From: an uncultured Gammaproteobacteria bacterium
GTDB lineage: Bacteria; Patescibacteriota; Microgenomatia; Levybacterales; GWA1-39-11
NCBI GenBank assembly: GCA_964448725.1
Contig: CAYVAJ010000004.1
Span: 17,535-81,534, forward strand
Length of the DNA: 64,000 nucleotides
Direction of reading: 5' to 3'
Within the stretch, counting starts at the first letter, position 1. The number at the start of each line of letters is the position of its first letter. A program made the translations under genes and the position numbers. The notes below the pieces were generated by a model. That model saw nothing but the letters and a program-made list of their open reading frames with translations. It was not told the origin of the DNA and did not search any database. Below, one piece after another: positions 21,801 to 29,654 of the stretch.

Positions 21801-22514
21801 TTATCTACCACTGATGTTGATCCTGCTAGTGGAGGAGTTGTAGAGTTAATAGATGAGGAAACAGATAAGGGTATATTGCTCCAGGTGCCTGCTGGGTTTA
21901 GCAGTCGGCCAGCACAATTCCAAATGAAAAAATTAGAACAATCTCCTGTATTATCAGAATTATCTGTACCATCAGGAAGGTCACTCGTTGGATCACACAT
22001 TTATAACTTAGCTGCACTAACAAATATTTCATCAAAATCAGCAACTTTTGAAGAACCGATCTTAGTTACGATAAATTATTTGCCATCTGAAGTATCTAAT
22101 CTTGCAACATTGGCTATGTATCGTAATAATGGACAGCAATGGACACAGTTAGAAAACTGTACACATAACCAAACAGAAGCTTCAATTTCCTGTAATACTA
22201 CTGCATTCTCGGTATTTGCTCTATTCTCTGAAACACCTGCTAGTGAGACAAATCAACCGCCTAAAAACCAAAACTCAAATTCATCTGGAGGAAATTCTTC
22301 AACTGGGGGATCAGGAGGTTCTTCAGGAGACTCTTCAGGTGGTTCATCAAGTACTGCAAACGGACCAGATTTGAATAAAGATGGAAAAATAAATATTTTC
22401 GACCTTAGTATATTGTTAAGCCAATGGAATAGATCAGGGAGCGGTGACTTGAATAATGATGGAAAAGTGAACATCTTTGATCTCTCACAGCTTCTTGTAA
22501 AATGGACTCGGTAG
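12894..22514 (+). CDS. Giant (3206 aa) membrane-anchored multidomain surface protein: beta-helix, 3x CBM6-like, SdrD-B-like repeats, putative glycoside hydrolase barrel, CBM4/9-like, CARDB, FN3-like, C-terminal dockerin
   Basis: N-terminal TM; TYYVD..GNDSNNG...LNPGD beta-helix start; three PGxIQxEDFDNGG...GEWxEY repeats; four SG/DGxVYVDxNxNG repeats; PT-rich linkers; C-terminal DLNKDGKINIFDL / DLNNDGKVNIFDL. Confidence 0.85.
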   Translation: MHSRKKKFKDYWEFAELQDKKVRIAIAISALGLLLFIAFALTFPFYDNLFTRLFPKSPSLADVTAPTVVQSNTATVSSGSDVSISWGSPTSNGNFLIAVLAAQSGDEALSISQAPQGWTLVSDTINEEVRQWVYAYANAPEQSGEVKFTLSSGVKSSLVVAEYKDVAKENAIETQNSLVGNNDSPTGSVDPNTDYNLVIAAVSSVVTSSESASFNNATNDFSLVGQTSTTGDAVNIATALFSSFVANQEPVNNSVTIGSGTQWIHTMVAIKPVVPIPTYTPIPSKEPEPTPETEPEFLLQGLDPENTQQSGLRSLALESTQISGTTYYVDCQNGNDSNNGRSEGAAWKSLNKINNATLNPGDGILLKRDCSWTGTLDAAWNGTAQEPITIGAYGEGVLPTIKYDGSKGGGPAVKVSGSYVVIDSLKATLTNPNRSSDCTLADGQKQHFGYYQGFNLSGHHLTLQNSEATGNSLGVFTTDSSHHNKILNNHIHHNDGLWRIGPIPPGSMGGMGMNLHGDDHEVAHNFFEKNDANCDPPDHTHRGYSAAIELYNASRAHVHHNKMVGHRKHFEMGKNSDEISDDNIFAYNLIVSNLANAKGPNIHGAGNKFGPVKRTTVVNNTIYLVGSGNTQALNCGCTDGATIRNNIFWAEEKVAFFNGTYTESNNIYWDSDGNPNAQNLSLHATSKKTNPQFVKAAVNDGDFRLKAGSPAIDAGISVGYDLDVEGVSVPQGSKVDIGAIEYTGQVVTTPTPTASTVTPTPGVQEPFSGSRISLPGTIQAEDFDNGGATVAYVDNDTGNNGNIYRQTDVDIEATTDTGGGYNLGWTRPGEWVEYSVNVSYSGSYTIGTRVASNGGGGVFHIEVDGTDVTGPMTVPNTGGNQIWQTVEKTGVQLTAGQHIVRLSFDNNGATQGVGNFNYMTFTFDPGPQTPYTGTPISLPGIIQAEDFDNGGVMAAYFDQDAGNKGNVYRETDVDIEATTDTGGGYNLAWMWPNEWVEYTVNVTETSTYTVGARVASNGGGGVFHIEVDGQDVTGSMTVPSTGGNQVWQTVEKTGIQLSAGQHIIRLSMDSSGAQQGIANFNYLEFTQDTSTSPVPSTSQEYTLSGSVYVDVNRNGVKDTDELGHNGAEVTVSGGLSASTNASGLYTLTVPAAVYTVTITIPDGYEGTTTNPLSISVSANTSANFGIAPTATGGRTNSVFTVNAAKTGTELNGQPFQVVGIRVSNALINDAKTQQLIDNLDVFRTYGINTVSVFFQGSRFGDIKGYREDTTLNPTYAARMARIIEEADKRKMVVLVGVLYYGDATFAKWDSWGQTEANSAVANTVQWLKDNNYRNVFIDVDNEQMSPFDSQKLIAAGKAVDASYVIGSGGKITPSNADLSLHQGGKNITGKPYIESEGTPQGYWGAYSRQSGDTQYRNIGIYTSDLKSAWLSETSSLLNQGKGYMGASTWLQADLPEGPNHIPGGNGTSADPGIKFWLEHVKSLVGPYEPSGIGEETTPTPTPSAITPTPTQPPTGGTGAFLENNGQLVIEVEDYNDIFPSTFNNYTQTHNWEKKTNIPDYSGSGFMHNIPDERGEDGVGPNSPRGKGGPEMRYPIKISTPGTYNVWVRGYTTGGESNGVHIGVDGVMTGTEAGASNMSGFRPKESWIWESARKEGYTLPATLNLTAGYHTLNVWGRDDGFRMDKIVLRIGSGVPSGTGPAQSAREAIPTPIITPTPTPVVTTTPTPTPSVQAPFTGTPISLPGTIQVEDFDNGGANVAYFDTSAGNNGGVYRDTDVDLQATTDTGGGYGLEFTRSGEWLEYTVDVAEGGTYDIGVRVASKVVGGAFHIEIDGQDVTGPMYVPNTGDWQTWTTIEKTGIQLTAGEHVVRLSLDSSGEQAAIGNINYITFTKVVTIPTYTLSGTVYVDANNNGIQDTDEADYANAIIELYEGPEATDIPYHTAETNTAGAYTFNTLNQGVYTVSLLIPDGYSVTTAIRQVVSLTADTIVNFGIASTQTPTITPTPVSPSNLLKNGGLESSTTVWGLYGGASIMQGTSHGGSKAIRVGNASGGGESGAEQAVAAQPGKTYSLTAWGMMSNSAQSDKGAVGIKFKNSAGDVLGNETSIFIPETDWTQKQVSAIAPANTASVVTYVYKEVGDNTFLYIDDFTLTESGEVTTPTPTLTNTPTPTVAQNTPTPTPVQLSDLVVSDITWSPSNATVGQNVTFGATLRNIGSAATPDATAHGVAFYVNGVKVSWSINHNASIAPGDSVTVTANGGPEGSRFWTATAGTHEIEAVVDEPGRITESNEENNTASNQFTIVAAPTVTPTPTSVPTYTVDGTVYVDTNKNGVQDTDEAGYADAVVMISTNPETAGISDENGRFILTGINQGVYTVTLSAPNGYTITTSNPIEAVVTANTTINFGIGLIPTPTPTAPVITPTLTTTPTPTATATPIPTVTPLPTGTQSVTYSVPWTSEDVQETNTSFTVNDTTLRIGGCGQTACYTGLRFTNINLPKGSIINSAYVEYNAAQSNSLANVAVEIAGHDSDNSSLFSSSNKPSQRTLTAAKVTPQTDTVVAANQWYRLGNISSIVQEVIDRDNWQTGNSISLIIRATSPTEQDTGILAHSYDGNSERAPRLVIIYSSPIGGEEPTNTPVPITEPTEAPIPTYILSGTVYVDTNKNGVKDIEESGQSNITVSLSNGASVSTDAQGRYQFTDLIQELYTVTATVPNGYTLTTQSSIPVSLIADTSVHFGMVQVPIATVTATSAPTPTPIPCSLVSAKWQTTNNQIDEGEIVGLEVITSGNCVGEELEFEVREDDGIMGSDATNIIPATVPIIGNNAQTSWIVEWQQDCMGFALCQTPEYYYIVRIVGTTTEIRSTNPTLKVQRTNKARFVTIPHVDVTQDTVKITWKTSHDMSSQISYGLSAESLVSTDEINTNIRAADHAITIDNLLPCTAYRYQVRSREITGDMVESPFAQFITKGCEGNSSVLALSTTDVDPASGGVVELIDEETDKGILLQVPAGFSSRPAQFQMKKLEQSPVLSELSVPSGRSLVGSHIYNLAALTNISSKSATFEEPILVTINYLPSEVSNLATLAMYRNNGQQWTQLENCTHNQTEASISCNTTAFSVFALFSETPASETNQPPKNQNSNSSGGNSSTGGSGGSSGDSSGGSSSTANGPDLNKDGKINIFDLSILLSQWNRSGSGDLNNDGKVNIFDLSQLLVKWTR

Positions 22515-22671
22515 ATACGATACTCCGCCAGTATTACTAAGTTTATTCTTAATTTAAGACCCAATTTTATTTATCTTGATGTGATTATATATATGAGGTA
22601 TTGGTAAGTACAGCCTAAAGATGTCAGAGTAACGAATAGTGTATGGTATTCAATAATGAGGGGTAAAACAA

Positions 22672-22700
22672 AAATATACCCTCTTTAAGAGGGTATATTT
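22672..22700. terminator. Hairpin between convergent genes
   Basis: AAATATACCCTCTT-T-AAGAGGGTATATTT perfect inverted repeat. Confidence 0.7.
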
Positions 22701-22719
22701 ACTATGTTGAAGTTAAATA

Positions 22720-23151
22720 TTATTCTACAATTACTGTTCCTTTTCTCTCCGGGTGGAAATAATCATGGTATGTATATTCTCCTGGTTGTGAAAAAATGTG
22801 CATTACCGTAGATCCTTTAGGAATTTCTCCTAAATTTAACTCAGGATATTTTTGGTTAGTAGGATGATCATCTGAATTTACGGAAACTTTTTCATCAGTT
22901 GAATTATTTGCCCACCGAACTGCCCCACCTCGTTTAATAGTGACTGTTTCAGGGATAAAACCATCGTTTGTAAGTTCAACTGATACTTCTTGAGGAAGAT
23001 TAGCAGTTGGTTGTGTATCTATTTGATTCCTAATAAAGGCAAAAATACCTACTGCAAGCAAAATAATAACTACTACAATAACAACAATAAATCGCTTGCT
23101 CTTATTTGATGTTGGTTGATTTAGTGTTTGTGAAACCTCTTGTTCTGGCAT
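22720..23151 (-). CDS. Membrane-anchored cupredoxin-fold protein
   Basis: TM, then GFIPETVTIKRGGAVRWAN...F.QPGEYTYHD..HP..KGTVIVE; lacks the type-1 copper Cys. Confidence 0.8.
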   Translation of the reverse strand: MPEQEVSQTLNQPTSNKSKRFIVVIVVVIILLAVGIFAFIRNQIDTQPTANLPQEVSVELTNDGFIPETVTIKRGGAVRWANNSTDEKVSVNSDDHPTNQKYPELNLGEIPKGSTVMHIFSQPGEYTYHDYFHPERKGTVIVE

Positions 23152-23169
23152 AAAATCACCCCCTCTCAA

Positions 23170-24363
23170 CTAGTATTGTGGAAAGTTGTTTCGATATTTA
23201 CGGATAATTATAATGAGAGCTATCAGAGCTAATACTGTTGGAATTGCAATAAGTGCTGCTGTAAGAAGAGTAGAATTTTTGTCTGGATCTATTGCGGCAC
23301 CTGCGACTTTAATCTCAAACTCCTGTGGTTGAGCAGGAGAATTTCCATCTTCTGGGATATTTTCGAGTACATCAATAGATGAAGAATATGTAGCATCTCC
23401 ATCTTTCACTACTACTACATGCTCTCCAGGAGGAAGATTTCCAACTGTTGCAATACCATTGGCATCTGTCTGTACTGTTACCGGACCATTAGGGCTTGAG
23501 ACTGTTACCTGCGCTGAGGCAAGTGGTGCATTATGTTCATTACGAACATTGATGATTGCCGAGAATCCTAATGTACTAAATGTAAAATCAGAACTTGTTG
23601 ATTCCTGGCCTGTCTCCGATCCTTTCCCTATTACTCGCAGATGATAGGTGGTTCCTGGTATTAAAAGCGCAGAGGAGAGTGTTGCAGTGTGGGTCTGTGT
23701 AAGCGTTTCAGTACTCTCAGTTACTCCATATTTATTCGTAAGCCCGTACTCAATAATGGAATAAGAAGGACGGTCTGTAGTCCATGATACAAGTGCTGAA
23801 GAATATCCGATATCACTTATTTCTACACCATTAATAGTAGGTGGCATTTCAGATGCTTTGGGAGTAGGTGTTGAGGCTGGTTTATTAGAAAAAGTAATTG
23901 TACTTGCCGATCCTCCACCATATATATTTGCCTGATCACTTGCCCGTACTAATGCAGTACCTCCGCTTACAGACACTGTTCCGCTTCCAGAATTAGCTTT
24001 ACTTCTAAAGGTGACCGTTGCGATAAGCCGATCACCTGACACTGGATTGATGTTTCCACGACTGATTGAGATAGAGCCTCCTCCGCCACTAGAAGGGGCT
24101 TCAATGGCAAAAGCACTGCCTCCTCCGCTAATACCTATAAAATCAAGCTTATCTGCTGGATAGGTAAGATTTACAGTAACTCCATTTACCGCATCTCCTC
24201 CAGTGTTTGTTCTCACTGAAAGAGAAAAACGCTCTCCAACACCAACTGTTCTACTCGCAGGAGAGACATATACAGAACCGGCAGCTTGCACAGGAGTAGT
24301 AAAAGGGGCTATTAATAGAAAGTATACAGAAAATAGAAGAAAAAAACGAATAAGTTTTTTCAT
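23170..24363 (-). CDS. Secreted cohesin-domain protein with FN3-like and prealbumin-like domains and C-terminal TM anchor
   Basis: Signal peptide; SP...V.VGERFSLSV...VTVNLTYPADKL...IATVTF cohesin-like pattern; WTTD...EYG...L.PGTTYHLRV; C-terminal hydrophobic helix plus RKYR. Confidence 0.75.
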   Translation of the reverse strand: MKKLIRFFLLFSVYFLLIAPFTTPVQAAGSVYVSPASRTVGVGERFSLSVRTNTGGDAVNGVTVNLTYPADKLDFIGISGGGSAFAIEAPSSGGGGSISISRGNINPVSGDRLIATVTFRSKANSGSGTVSVSGGTALVRASDQANIYGGGSASTITFSNKPASTPTPKASEMPPTINGVEISDIGYSSALVSWTTDRPSYSIIEYGLTNKYGVTESTETLTQTHTATLSSALLIPGTTYHLRVIGKGSETGQESTSSDFTFSTLGFSAIINVRNEHNAPLASAQVTVSSPNGPVTVQTDANGIATVGNLPPGEHVVVVKDGDATYSSSIDVLENIPEDGNSPAQPQEFEIKVAGAAIDPDKNSTLLTAALIAIPTVLALIALIIIIRKYRNNFPQY

Positions 24364-24387
24364 TTAATTTTAAGTTAGTAATTACAT

Positions 24388-26046
24388 TTAAGATAGTTTT
24401 TTTTCATTTGTCAATAAGCGATATGTGGGTGTGTTCTTGTGGACTAGTAATTCAAGCGTAATGTATTTGCTGCTGTCGTCATAATTCACCTGAACAGGTA
24501 TCTGGAGATAGTGTGAAATCATTTTTGCAATATGACCTTCAAGTCCTGATCCTAATTGCATTGTCTGCACGGAGATATTTTCGTAATTTTTGGAAAAAAG
24601 AGCATCTTTGTCTTGTTCAGAAAATGAAGATGCACGTGCAGATATTTTAATGCTTACTGTCTCTTCAAAATCCTGTTCAACTGCTACTATAACGTTTTTT
24701 TGGCTATCAGATGCGGAGAGAAGGACGGCCATCTCAACTAATTTTTGAACGAGTAGACCAGTATGAGTGACATCACAGTTAGCAGAAAAGAATGGTCCAG
24801 TTGCCATATCAGGTGAAAATTTAAATATTTTTGTCATAAAAGGTGGTAAATTTTGATCTGAGAAATTGGTAAGAGTAAATGTGAGCGTGACATGAAAAAG
24901 TGCCGCAAATTCCTGCTCAGCATTGACTGTGTCACGGCAAAGCTGTGCGATATCAACAACTGATTTTTTTTCTACCAATCCATGTGCGGTAAGAGATTTT
25001 AATTTTTCAATATCACGTTGATGTTTGTTTATGAGAAGGAATTGACCTGCAAGCTCAGTCAGTCCTTTGTTATATAACTGAGTTTTTAGATTTTCACTTA
25101 ATGCCTCAAGCTTGAGTGAAGATTCATCGTATTCAGGAATAGTATTATTCTGTGTCTGGTGTACTGTCTGATCTCGTATGATAAATGTAATGCTTTGCTC
25201 AAATTCTTCAATTATGCTAATTGGTTTTATTGTCATACAGACCTTTTTACGGGGGGCAGAAGTTGATATAAGAAGTAGATCACAGATATCAGTTGGCTTG
25301 TGATTTTTAACAAGAGTAGTGAGCTCAAGGTGACTTGAATCAATAAGCTTTCCATTTTCATCTTTTAAAAATAGTACATCAAAAAGTTTTTTACGTTGCA
25401 TTTCAGAGAAGCTCTTATTCAGGACACGCTGAGCTGTTTCATTCGCTGAAAGAATATGTGTCTCTATATCAGTAACAAATACGAGTTCATTTACATCTTT
25501 TAAAATTGATTCCTCTACTTTTACCTGATATTTCAGAAGATCAAACACGCGATCTTTAATGTGATATTGATGGGCAAGAATCTGCGCAATCGGCAGAAAT
25601 GCAACAAATGAAATTCCATACACAATAAGCGTTGTTGGCTGTTCCAATACTAACTGTAGACTCTCAGGGTTAAGAAGTGTGTAAGTAGTGAGATTTATGA
25701 GTGAAAATATCAAAAAAAGAATAGAATTAGAAATACTGAAAATAAAGCTAATCCCCAAAAATGCTAAATGAAAAAATATAAAGAAAGGACTTTCTAATGC
25801 TCCGGTATACAATATCAGAAGCTGAATAAGTAAATTAATAATAAAAAGAAACGTCCATCTTCCCCAATTACCAATTCTTTTTTTAATGGATGAAATCCAA
25901 AACCCGTTAATGGAGAGTACAATGAGGAAACCTAAAAGTATAATTATCCGGAAAACAATTTCAGGCGATATATGCAGAAAGTTATAAACAAAAAGAATAA
26001 AAGAGGTAGAAGAGTAGATACATGATGCAATCGCAAAGTTGCGCAT
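24388..26046 (-). CDS. Multi-TM PAS-domain protein with degenerate histidine-kinase-like C-terminus
   Basis: About 6 TM; ELVFVTD...ILSANETAQRVL PAS pattern; remnants ALSENLKTQL and GSGLEGHIAK. Confidence 0.65.
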   Translation of the reverse strand: MRNFAIASCIYSSTSFILFVYNFLHISPEIVFRIIILLGFLIVLSINGFWISSIKKRIGNWGRWTFLFIINLLIQLLILYTGALESPFFIFFHLAFLGISFIFSISNSILFLIFSLINLTTYTLLNPESLQLVLEQPTTLIVYGISFVAFLPIAQILAHQYHIKDRVFDLLKYQVKVEESILKDVNELVFVTDIETHILSANETAQRVLNKSFSEMQRKKLFDVLFLKDENGKLIDSSHLELTTLVKNHKPTDICDLLLISTSAPRKKVCMTIKPISIIEEFEQSITFIIRDQTVHQTQNNTIPEYDESSLKLEALSENLKTQLYNKGLTELAGQFLLINKHQRDIEKLKSLTAHGLVEKKSVVDIAQLCRDTVNAEQEFAALFHVTLTFTLTNFSDQNLPPFMTKIFKFSPDMATGPFFSANCDVTHTGLLVQKLVEMAVLLSASDSQKNVIVAVEQDFEETVSIKISARASSFSEQDKDALFSKNYENISVQTMQLGSGLEGHIAKMISHYLQIPVQVNYDDSSKYITLELLVHKNTPTYRLLTNEKKLS

Positions 26047-26124
26047 ATATACCCATTATAGGGAGCAATTGTGTAAAAAGTCTATATCGACAATTTATAG
26101 TAGGTTCCTATTTGTGAGAGTTAT

Positions 26125-27867
26125 TTATGCTGCTCTTGGAGAAAGGAGATCTTGAAATTTGACGATTCCGTCTTCAGGCGATCGCTTCAAATACATATTC
26201 CATGGACTTTCTGGATCTAGCGCTGACTCAAATGTCATTTTTCCTCCATCAATAAAGTACTGCAGCATATTTATTAATGCATCCTGGCCAGTTTCGACAT
26301 ATTTCTTGTGTAGATCTTTAGCTTCAGAAAATGAAAGCTTCTTACCTGAATAGTCGTGTAAGTTTGATGAAGCAAGTGCTCGTCCAACTCGTGCTTTGAA
26401 CTTTAATGAAAAATCTTTTACATGCCGGCCTCCAATAACTGCTTCTCCATCTTTAAGATCACGATCAAGAAGAGGTGCAGCATGATTAAAAAATTCAAGC
26501 ATCTTCATATACCCTTCGAAATATACAGCATCTTTTACAAAAGTTTCTGCAACAGGAATTTGGATTACATGGTTTTTTGTTGCAACTTCAATGGGGGTTA
26601 CTTGATGTTGCATTGAAGTGCCCCGAGTTATTCTCCACACCGTTTGTGCCGCATCGCTGTGTGAAATGTTATAGTCACGCAAGGTTGTATAAATATCCTG
26701 TAAGGAATACTTTGGTACTATCTGGTTATTCTCTTGCTTTGTTTTCAAGCTCATTGCAACTGAAAGGTATCTTGCAGCAAAAAGTGCCTGACGTCTATGC
26801 CCATATGGTTGTCCAAGTATCATCTCTGCCATAGATGCAAGACCTTCTTCTGTAGGTAAATATCCTTCCATACCTGTTCCAAGTAACGGACAATCCTGTT
26901 TAAATCCATTAGCTCCTCGGGTTACATGCACAAATTCATGCCCAGGTATATATATCATTTCTCTCCCGACAAGTTCACGATCTTCAGGAAACTTTATTTT
27001 TTTGCCATTAGCGTTGACACTGACCGCTTTTGTCCCTTTTTCAATTTCTACATTCCAATCATCAAGCTCAAGTCTTTTGAGCAGTACTTCAAATTTGCGT
27101 TTTCCTTGATGTGGCGTTAATTTATTCTCTTGAGGTGGTTCATCTCCTTGAATATATGAGCGTTCTTCAACAGTATAATTCCAAAAATCAAAAGCTTGAT
27201 CCGTAGTCATTTTTTCATCATCTGATTGTGCTTCCCGATTTCGTTCAAGTGTTTCACGAGCATGGTCTTCAAATCGTAATGTAAGCTCATTACGCGTGCC
27301 TGATTCTTCTATATCAATGAGCGTAGCCCATTCTTCAGGTGTCCTTTGATATTGAGTAAACTCAGAGTTGCCAATAAATTGTGCATATTCAGAAAAGTTG
27401 ATCTGGTTTTCTATTGCAGAAAGGTATGCATTTTGAAATGGAGTAGGAACGTTGATAAATTTATGTGGAAGTTGTGCTTTTAACAACGAAAGGTTTCTTC
27501 TATACGATTCTAATTGCTGTGGTTGATGGTTTTCCCAAGTTTTGAGTGTGCTGTCCTGGGGTTTTACAGGAGAGGTGGTTATATAGATGTCGTCTACGCC
27601 TGATGCGCTAATGGTCTTTAAAAAGTCATCACCTGATGGTTCAGTTGCGTTATCATAATGCGTTTGGAGAGCTTGCTCAAAACCATTGATAACGGGACTG
27701 TGGGCTTTGGTTACTGATACTTCTCCGTAGTTATTCCGTGGATAACAGGCTCTGTACTCGTCTTCAAGAGCACGTGTCATTTCTTTTTCTTTAGGAGCAA
27801 GGTCTTGAGTATCTTGTGGTGATACTAACTCTGTGTATTGCTCAAATCTTTGTGCTTCAGTAGCCAT
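26125..27867 (-). CDS. DUF1704-family metallo-carboxypeptidase (HExxH...EEGLA)
   Basis: GHEFVHVTRGANG...TEEGLAS, FVKDAVYFEGY. Confidence 0.75.
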   Translation of the reverse strand: MATEAQRFEQYTELVSPQDTQDLAPKEKEMTRALEDEYRACYPRNNYGEVSVTKAHSPVINGFEQALQTHYDNATEPSGDDFLKTISASGVDDIYITTSPVKPQDSTLKTWENHQPQQLESYRRNLSLLKAQLPHKFINVPTPFQNAYLSAIENQINFSEYAQFIGNSEFTQYQRTPEEWATLIDIEESGTRNELTLRFEDHARETLERNREAQSDDEKMTTDQAFDFWNYTVEERSYIQGDEPPQENKLTPHQGKRKFEVLLKRLELDDWNVEIEKGTKAVSVNANGKKIKFPEDRELVGREMIYIPGHEFVHVTRGANGFKQDCPLLGTGMEGYLPTEEGLASMAEMILGQPYGHRRQALFAARYLSVAMSLKTKQENNQIVPKYSLQDIYTTLRDYNISHSDAAQTVWRITRGTSMQHQVTPIEVATKNHVIQIPVAETFVKDAVYFEGYMKMLEFFNHAAPLLDRDLKDGEAVIGGRHVKDFSLKFKARVGRALASSNLHDYSGKKLSFSEAKDLHKKYVETGQDALINMLQYFIDGGKMTFESALDPESPWNMYLKRSPEDGIVKFQDLLSPRAA

Positions 27868-27933
27868 TGGTAATAAAATTATCATAATCAATACCATAAA
27901 TAGTGTCAATAAATTGGGAAAATAAATTTCTTA

Positions 27934-27962
27934 TTGACTGAGCAATTTTGATTTGCTATAGT
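27934..27962 (+). promoter_or_regulatory. sigma70-like promoter of pyrG, leaderless type
   Basis: TTGACT-N17-TATAGT, 5 nt before the GTG start. Confidence 0.6.
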
Positions 27963-27967
27963 GAATC

Positions 27968-29650
27968 GTGCCCACACAACAGTCTAAATTGAAACGTACA
28001 AAATATATATTTGTTTCAGGTGGTGTTATCTCAGGAATAGGGAAAGGAATCACCGCCGCATCCATCGCCCTTCTTCTTAAGCAAGCAGGTTATCATATAG
28101 CCCCCATAAAATTTGAAAATTATCTCAATCTTGACGCTGGTACTATTAATCCTATAGAACATGGTGATCCATTTTTGTGCGAAGACGGCACAGAGACAGA
28201 TATGGATATTGGAACGTATGAAAAATTCCTTGATGAGAACATGGGGAAAAATAATTTCGTGACCATGGGCAAGATTTATCACACTGTAATTGAGCGGGAA
28301 AGACGGTTTGAATACAACGGTGAAGACGTAGAAGCAATTCCTCATATTACTGATGAGATTATCAACAGAATAAAAACAGTAGGCAATAAAAAAAATGTTG
28401 ATATTGTTATCGTAGAACTTGGCGGAACAGCTGGAGAATATCAAAATGTGTTCTATTATGAAGCATCTCGAATACTGGCATTAAAATATCCCGGTGATGT
28501 AGTCCATATTCATGTGAGTTATGTGCCAACTCCTGGTCATCTTGGGGAACCAAAAACAAAACCAACACAACTGTCTGTGAGAACGCTCAATTCTATGGGA
28601 ATACAGCCAGATTTAATTGTCGCGCGTTCTGACCGTATGCTCGATAAACGCCGCCGTGACCGTTTTGCATTATTTTGCAATATGCATTCCGAAGACATAA
28701 TTTCAGCTCCCGATGTTGATTCTGTATACCGAGTACCATTTGTATTACATGAACAAGGGGTAGAAAAAAGAGTATTGGAAAAGCTGGGACTACCGATTAA
28801 AAAACCAGATCTTAGAAAATTTGAGAAATTACTTGCAAAAATTGAAAAATCAAAAGATAAGACGATTGAAGTAGCAATTGTTGGCAAATATTTCGGAACT
28901 GGAGAATACCAACTGAAAGATTCCTATGCTGCATTATTTGACGCAATTGATCATGCAGGATGGGAAATAGGGGTAACTGTCAAGACACGGTGGGTAAATG
29001 CAGAAAAAGTAGAGGCTAATGGTCCTGAAAAAGAAATTGGTACACCTGATGGGATCATAGTACCAATTGGATGGGGAGAACGAGGGTCTGAGGGAATGAT
29101 TGCTGCAGCTAGTTATGCACGAACTGCAAAAATTCCATACCTTGGTCTGTGTTTTGGTATGCAGTTAGCAGTAGTTGCGTTCGCACGCGATTTAATGAAA
29201 TTTAGGAAAGCTAACAGCGAAGAAATTGATCCAAAAACAAAGTATCCAGTAATTCATTTTATCTCAAATCAGAAAGAATTAATTGCGCAGCGGGCATATG
29301 GCGGGACAATGCGGCTTGGAGGCTGGGATGCAAAAGTGAAGCCAGGAACCCGCGCTCATGAGATATATACTAAATATAATGCTATGGATAACAAAGCAAA
29401 AAGCATTGCAAGCGAACGGCATAGGCATCGGTATGAATTTAATAATATTTATTCAGATGATTTTGAAAAAGCAGGTCTTGTGATTAGCGGACGATCAGTA
29501 AAAGAGAATTTAGTCGAGATTATAGAACTTCCTGAATCAGAACACCCTTTTTATATGGGAACCCAAGGTCACCCTGAGTATAAGAGTAGACCAGGTAAAC
29601 CACACCCTTTCTTTATCGAATTCCTCAAAGCAGCAGAAAAACAAAGATAG
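27968..29650 (+). CDS. pyrG: CTP synthase
   Basis: KYIFVSGGVISGIGKG, KTKPTQ, GLCFGMQ, ERHRHRYE, QGHPEYKS. Confidence 0.98.
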   Translation: MPTQQSKLKRTKYIFVSGGVISGIGKGITAASIALLLKQAGYHIAPIKFENYLNLDAGTINPIEHGDPFLCEDGTETDMDIGTYEKFLDENMGKNNFVTMGKIYHTVIERERRFEYNGEDVEAIPHITDEIINRIKTVGNKKNVDIVIVELGGTAGEYQNVFYYEASRILALKYPGDVVHIHVSYVPTPGHLGEPKTKPTQLSVRTLNSMGIQPDLIVARSDRMLDKRRRDRFALFCNMHSEDIISAPDVDSVYRVPFVLHEQGVEKRVLEKLGLPIKKPDLRKFEKLLAKIEKSKDKTIEVAIVGKYFGTGEYQLKDSYAALFDAIDHAGWEIGVTVKTRWVNAEKVEANGPEKEIGTPDGIIVPIGWGERGSEGMIAAASYARTAKIPYLGLCFGMQLAVVAFARDLMKFRKANSEEIDPKTKYPVIHFISNQKELIAQRAYGGTMRLGGWDAKVKPGTRAHEIYTKYNAMDNKAKSIASERHRHRYEFNNIYSDDFEKAGLVISGRSVKENLVEIIELPESEHPFYMGTQGHPEYKSRPGKPHPFFIEFLKAAEKQR

Positions 29651-29654
29651 AAGA

